Shown here one piece after another: positions 60,598-64,000 of a stretch of 64,000 nucleotides of DNA; position 1 is the first letter of the stretch; each line of letters opens with the position of its first letter. The DNA lies in contig PUND01000112.1 of NCBI GenBank assembly GCA_003551645.1, positions 10,713 to 74,712 on the forward strand, written 5' to 3'. The stretch comes from Phycisphaerae bacterium. Its GTDB lineage: Bacteria; Planctomycetota; Phycisphaerae; SM23-33. The position numbers and the translations under genes were made by a program. The notes beneath the pieces are model-generated. The model did no database searches and was not told where the DNA came from. It saw only the letters and a list, made by a program, of their open reading frames with translations.

Positions 60598-60883
60598 GAG
60601 CCGCCGACAGTCCTGTTCGACACAAAGGCGCAGAGCTTCTGAGAAAGTGTATGAAAAGATTTCCCCAGGCGGCACGGGCATCTTGCCCGTGAGAAGCAAC
60701 GCCGCGGCCATGACGGCGGTGATACACATGGGCCAGACGCCCATGCCACGTTACTCATACACGTTCTGAGAGGGAATCTGCTGATTTTTGTTCCTCTGGG
60801 CCTCTGTGTCGAATATAAGGACGCACGATTTTACGGCTAACGCCCGGCCGCGGCGGTCGGAGCGGCTGAATAGGAGAGCAGGA

Positions 60884-61384
60884 ATGACGGATGATAAACC
60901 CCTTGTTGCAGTGGTGATGGGCAGCGACAGTGACCTTGAGACCATGAAGCGGTGCACCGATAAGCTCGATGATTTCGGCATACCGCACGAGGTGCGGATA
61001 CTTTCGGCCCACCGAACGCCGGACCGCGTTCACGAGTTCGCTTCCAAGGCGGCCGAGCGCGGCCTGAAGGTGATTATCGCCGGTGCGGGGATGAGTGCGG
61101 CCCTCGGCGGCTCGCTGGCGGCCCAGACCACGCTTCCGGTCATCGGCGTGCCTATAGACTCCGGCCCGCTGGTCGGTATGGATGCGGCCCTGAGCACCAT
61201 GCAGATGCCCCCAGGCGTGCCGGTGGCTTGCGTGGCCATCGGAAAGGCCGGCGCCACAAACGCCGCGATTCTGGCGGCGCAGATAATCGCCACCGGCGAC
61301 GACAAGATGGCGGAGCGTATCCGGACCTTCAAGGCCGAACAGGCCCGCAAGGTGACCGAAAAGGATGAAGGCCTCCGGCGATAG
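60884..61384 (+). CDS. purE: 5-(carboxyamino)imidazole ribonucleotide mutase
   Basis: 'LVAVVMGSDSDL', 'IIAGAGMSAALGG', 'PVIGVP' and 'VACVAIGKAGATNAA' are PurE motifs. TAGGAGAG lies before the ATG at 60884. Confidence 0.88.
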   Translation: MTDDKPLVAVVMGSDSDLETMKRCTDKLDDFGIPHEVRILSAHRTPDRVHEFASKAAERGLKVIIAGAGMSAALGGSLAAQTTLPVIGVPIDSGPLVGMDAALSTMQMPPGVPVACVAIGKAGATNAAILAAQIIATGDDKMAERIRTFKAEQARKVTEKDEGLRR

Positions 61385-61561
61385 AATCGCGAGTTGCGAG
61401 TCGCAGATTGTCGAAAATCGGGCATACTCCCGGCAGCCCCCTGCCGGGCTGTGCGCTGGACACTGGCCGAGGCGGAATTCCGCGACAATCCCGCGGGCAG
61501 ACCCTCTAAGCGTGGCAGCTTGAACACCGTGTTCAATAAACCCCGCTCTGAGTAGTAATCA

Positions 61562-61636
61562 GGCAATGGCTTTAGTCATGGTGTCCCAAGCGGGTGTTAA
61601 TTAGGCCATGGCTTTAGCCATGGTGTCCCAAGTCGG
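61562..61636. repeat. two 33-nt direct repeats (GGC[A/C]ATGGCTTTAG[T/C]CATGGTGTCCCAAG[C/T][G/C]GG) separated by 9 nt
   Basis: Copy 1 is 61562-61594 and copy 2 is 61604-61636, with 29/33 identical. Copy 2 contains a perfect hairpin CCATGGC-TTTA-GCCATGG; copy 1 is degenerate. Confidence 0.8.
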
Positions 61637-61653
61637 AGTATATTCGCCGATCC

Positions 61654-61765
61654 AGCCCGTTTTAACGGGCTTGCCTCGACGCCGAACGCGGCCGGGAGAA
61701 GGGCGTTAAAACGCCCTGCCTTGATAAACTGCGGCGCGCCGGTCAAACCACGGCTGAAGCCGTGG
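61654..61765. repeat. three similar GC-stem/AT-loop hairpins in non-coding DNA
   Basis: AGCCCGTTTTAACGGGCT (61654-61671), GGGCGTTAAAACGCCC (61701-61716) and CCACGGCTGAAGCCGTGG (61748-61765). None is followed by a T-tract. Confidence 0.6.
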
Positions 61766-61793
61766 CCTATTCACCACAGCGCCGGTAAACTGC

Positions 61794-61876
61794 TTGACGG
61801 TTGAACGGCTTAACGGCTCAACGGTTTAACGGCTCAACGGGTTGACGGCTCAACGGTTTACCGGTTCGACGGGCCG
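61794..61876. repeat. tandem octamer repeat array (~10 x T[T/C][A/G]ACGG[C/T/G]; 16-nt super-period TTAACGGCTCAACGGT)
   Basis: The array reads ttgacggt tgaacggc ttaacggc tcaacggt ttaacggc tcaacggg ttgacggc tcaacggt ttaccggt tcgacggg. It ends 0-3 nt before the recombinase stop codon (tca at 61877-61879). Confidence 0.85.
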
Positions 61877-62917
61877 TCACCCGCGCGGATGAAACTTCCT
61901 GTGGATCGCCTTGAGGCGGTTCGCATCGACGTGGGTATAAATCTGTGTGGTGGCGATGTCGGCGTGGCCGAGCATCTCTTGGACACTGCGCAGATCGGCT
62001 CCGCGTGACAGCAGGTGCGTCGCGAAACAGTGCCTCAGCGTGTGCGGCGATACCCGCCCGCGCCCGCCCGCGCGGCGGACGTACTTGCGGACCAGGCGGA
62101 ATATCTGCTCTCTGCCCAGCGGCCGACCCGTGCGCGAAAGCAGCAGCACCGGCTCGTCGGTCTCTCGCAGCACCCTGGGGCGTCCGCTCCGCATGTAGAG
62201 GCGTATCGCCTCCTGCGCCGGCTCGGCCAGCGGAATGATCCGCTCCTTGCCACCCTTGCCGAGGACGCGGACGATTCCCAGATTGAAGTTCACATCATCG
62301 ACCCTCAGCCCGGTCAGTTCCGATGCCCGCATGCCCGTGGCGTACAGGAGCATGAGTATCGTCCGGTCGCGGATCGCGTGGGGGTCCCTGGCCTCATCAG
62401 GCGACTCCAGCAGGATGCGCACCGCATCGCTGTCCAGAACGGTCGGCAACCGTCGCCACTTTTTGGGGATATCCACGCTGGCCGCCGGGTCATGCTCGAT
62501 GTACCCCTCCATCACGAGATAGCGGCAGAACATCTTGACCGCCGCCAGCGCCCGCGAGACGCTCGCCACAGACAGCCCCTCCTGCCGTAGCGACAGCAGA
62601 AATCCCTCTATGTGCGCAGGGCGGAGTTGCGGCAGCTTCTCCGAGGAGGTGCGGCGCAGGTAAAGCATCAGCCGGCGCAGGTCGCGTTCGTAGGCGAGGC
62701 GCGTGTTCAGGGCGAGTCCGCACTCGGCCTGGATATAGTCGAGGAATCCGGCGACCAGGGCGGCGCTATCCGCCGGCGACGGCGCGGACGGCTGCGTGGG
62801 CGCGCTCACGGGTGCGTCGCTCCAGAAGAAGCCGGCGATAGACGGGACATTCCTTGTACCGGTCGGCACAGTGCTCGAACGCGCTGGAGATATTCTCCAG
62901 CGAAAGATGCCCCGCAC
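61877..62917 (-). CDS. tyrosine site-specific recombinase (XerC/XerD/integrase family) with N-terminal extension
   Basis: Core-binding 'LDYIQAECGLALNTRLAYERDLRRL'. Catalytic 'RDRTILMLLYATGMRASEL', 'HTLRHCFATHLL' and 'GHADIATTQIYTHV' supply the R...HxxR...Y residues. The longest ORF gives a ~50-aa N-terminal extension. An alternative GTG at 62809 with an upstream GGAGC is plausible. Confidence 0.8.
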   Translation of the reverse strand: MRGIFRWRISPARSSTVPTGTRNVPSIAGFFWSDAPVSAPTQPSAPSPADSAALVAGFLDYIQAECGLALNTRLAYERDLRRLMLYLRRTSSEKLPQLRPAHIEGFLLSLRQEGLSVASVSRALAAVKMFCRYLVMEGYIEHDPAASVDIPKKWRRLPTVLDSDAVRILLESPDEARDPHAIRDRTILMLLYATGMRASELTGLRVDDVNFNLGIVRVLGKGGKERIIPLAEPAQEAIRLYMRSGRPRVLRETDEPVLLLSRTGRPLGREQIFRLVRKYVRRAGGRGRVSPHTLRHCFATHLLSRGADLRSVQEMLGHADIATTQIYTHVDANRLKAIHRKFHPRG

Positions 62918-62951
62918 ACCTTATGTCGCGATTGTCAACGAATGGACACAT
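62766..62951 (-). CDS. small Cys/His-rich protein (putative zinc-binding), upstream of and overlapping recombinase start
   Basis: ATG at 62949-62951 is preceded by AGGAGC with 9-nt spacing. The 61-aa product is 'MCPFVDNRDIRCAGHLSLENISSAFEHCADRYKECPVY...', with Cys/His spacing C-x9-C-x2-H...H-C-x6-C. The longest ORF (63017) adds 22 aa. Confidence 0.45.
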   Translation of the reverse strand: MCPFVDNRDIRCAGHLSLENISSAFEHCADRYKECPVYRRLLLERRTRERAHAAVRAVAGG

Positions 62952-63103
62952 GGGAGTCTTGCTCCTGCCGGAAGAGCGCCTGGCTGGCAGACGCCTAACC
63001 CGGCGCACATATTCCATATCGACCGCCGGCGGCTCTTCCCTTTAGCCATTCGCCCCCGTCGGCCGCGCCGGCGACCGAGTTCCGCCCGCCCGGCACGGCG
63101 GTT

Positions 63104-64000
63104 CTACTCCCCGCACAACCGCCCATACGGGCATCGCCGGCAAAGATCCGCCCCGGTCTTCTCAAAATGCCCACTCCGCCGCGCCGATATGAGCCGCCTC
63201 GCGGCGGCGGTGATGCGGGCCTCGACTTCGCGGAGCCGTTCGTCCGGCGGCTCGAACTCGTGAGATTCCCCGGTCCGCAGATACAAAAGCCGGACGCTTG
63301 CTGGCAACTCCCCAAGTTGCCTGCTGACCGCGACTGCGTAGCTGAGCATCTGCAGCTCATAGACGGCCGAGTGTTCGGCCAGGTCCTCGCCTTCCACTCG
63401 GTCGGTCTTGTAGTCGATTACCAGCCATCGGCCGTTGCATTGGGCCAGCAGGTCGATCTGCCCCCTGAGGACCGCCGGGCCTGCATCCAAGATGAAGTCA
63501 AGCTCCCGGTAAGTTTGCTCGGCCGACGCCAGCATACGCCACAGGTCGGTATTACGGAGCTTGGCCAGCATACGCTCCATATCCCGGGCCAGGGCATCGG
63601 CATCCGCTCTTCCTTCCAGATCCATTTCCGCCACGGCTTGGGCAACCAGCTCCCTGGCCGGCTGGGGGTCGGCGAATTTTACCAGCTCCATCGCCCTGTG
63701 ATAGAGCGACCCGAGCGTGAGCGCATCAAGCCGACGCGGGGTTTCGGCGTCGCCTCCGGCGGGCGCGGGCGTACGAAGCTCATATCGCAGCCGGTAGAGC
63801 ATCGGGCATCGCAGGAAATCGTTCAGAGCAGTTACAGCAAGCTCGACCCGGCCGATATCTTCCGGCAGTGGGCCGAGCAGGGGCGGGCCGCCGCCTGTGC
63901 CGGCCGCTGCGCGTATAGCGGCGGCCACGTCGTCAGGGCCGTTGGCGGCGGTTAGAATCCGGTCGCCGGCGCCTGCCTCCCGGCCGCGGCGACGGTCCGG
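63104..64000 (-). CDS. PD-(D/E)XK nuclease domain with Cas4/AddB-type 4Cys Fe-S cluster (C-terminal part of a larger protein; 5' end beyond window)
   Basis: 'LNDFLRCPMLYRL' supplies the N-terminal Cys. 'IDLLAQ...VIDYKTD...YELQMLSYA' are PD-(D/E)XK motifs II and III with QxxxY. 'CRRCPYGRLC' gives CxxCx5C. The reading frame stays open upstream to nucleotide 64000 and the listed 'M' is GTG, so the gene is truncated by the window. Confidence 0.7.
   Translation of the reverse strand, partial: PDRRRGREAGAGDRILTAANGPDDVAAAIRAAAGTGGGPPLLGPLPEDIGRVELAVTALNDFLRCPMLYRLRYELRTPAPAGGDAETPRRLDALTLGSLYHRAMELVKFADPQPARELVAQAVAEMDLEGRADADALARDMERMLAKLRNTDLWRMLASAEQTYRELDFILDAGPAVLRGQIDLLAQCNGRWLVIDYKTDRVEGEDLAEHSAVYELQMLSYAVAVSRQLGELPASVRLLYLRTGESHEFEPPDERLREVEARITAAARRLISARRSGHFEKTGADLCRRCPYGRLCGE

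Noticed and set aside
60598-60883. Purine or ZTP (pfl) riboswitch upstream of purE
   Set aside because: A 'CCAGGCGG' fragment is present, but in the wrong orientation for the purE strand and without the GGGUCGUGAC/ACCGGGGAGCG partner blocks. I judged it a chance match.
61562-61636. Possible mini-CRISPR
   Set aside because: There are only two repeat copies with a 9-nt 'spacer' and no cas genes, which does not fit CRISPR architecture.
61385-61876. tRNA or tmRNA as an integration target next to the tyrosine recombinase
   Set aside because: I looked for T-loop (GGTTCGAATCC-like) and CCA-end or acceptor pairing, and for tmRNA tag and terminal motifs. I found none. 'ccggttcgacggg' at 61861 is part of the octamer array and is not a T-arm.

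Overview
This is a high-GC bacterial chromosomal segment, roughly two-thirds G+C by eye. It is densely packed with conserved housekeeping genes. It contains no rRNA, tRNA, CRISPR array or transposase that I could detect. The ORF track shows GTG and TTG starts as M; I verified this at 30235 (GTG), 15415 (TTG) and 63926 (GTG). The longest listed ORF therefore often overshoots the real start.

Recognisable core genes are purC, eda, lgt, panD, panC, a deoxynucleoside kinase, folK, an LL-DAP aminotransferase, nadC, birA, queG, folE, leuS, tilS, hpt, purE, a fused metX-metW, yjbQ and a zinc-dependent alcohol dehydrogenase. They are interleaved with many secreted, lipoprotein or polytopic-membrane proteins: TPR/HEAT, FG-GAP, PQQ beta-propeller, a 3D-domain protein, a pseudopilin, PilZ, GH42, a GH10-like protein and a ceramidase-like protein. 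This mix is typical of Planctomycetota-like or Verrucomicrobia-like genomes, which is an inference only.

The most notable observations are:
- A textbook SAM-I (S-box) riboswitch directly upstream of a fused metX-metW gene.
- An Lgt carrying a ~170-aa insertion that contains a canonical EF-hand loop.
- A GH10-fold protein in which both catalytic glutamates appear replaced.
- A translationally coupled operon on the minus strand: PQQ-propeller, PEP-synthase/rifampicin-phosphotransferase-like enzyme, membrane protein.
- At the right edge, an operon of an Fe-S PD-(D/E)XK (AddB/Cas4-type) nuclease (5'-truncated by the window), a small Cys/His protein and a tyrosine recombinase. Its stop codon abuts a ~80-bp tandem octamer array, three similar GC-stem hairpins and two 33-nt direct repeats. 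This is the best candidate for an undescribed system, but it is only partly inside the window.

Many long antisense ORFs in the track are high-GC artefacts and were rejected.
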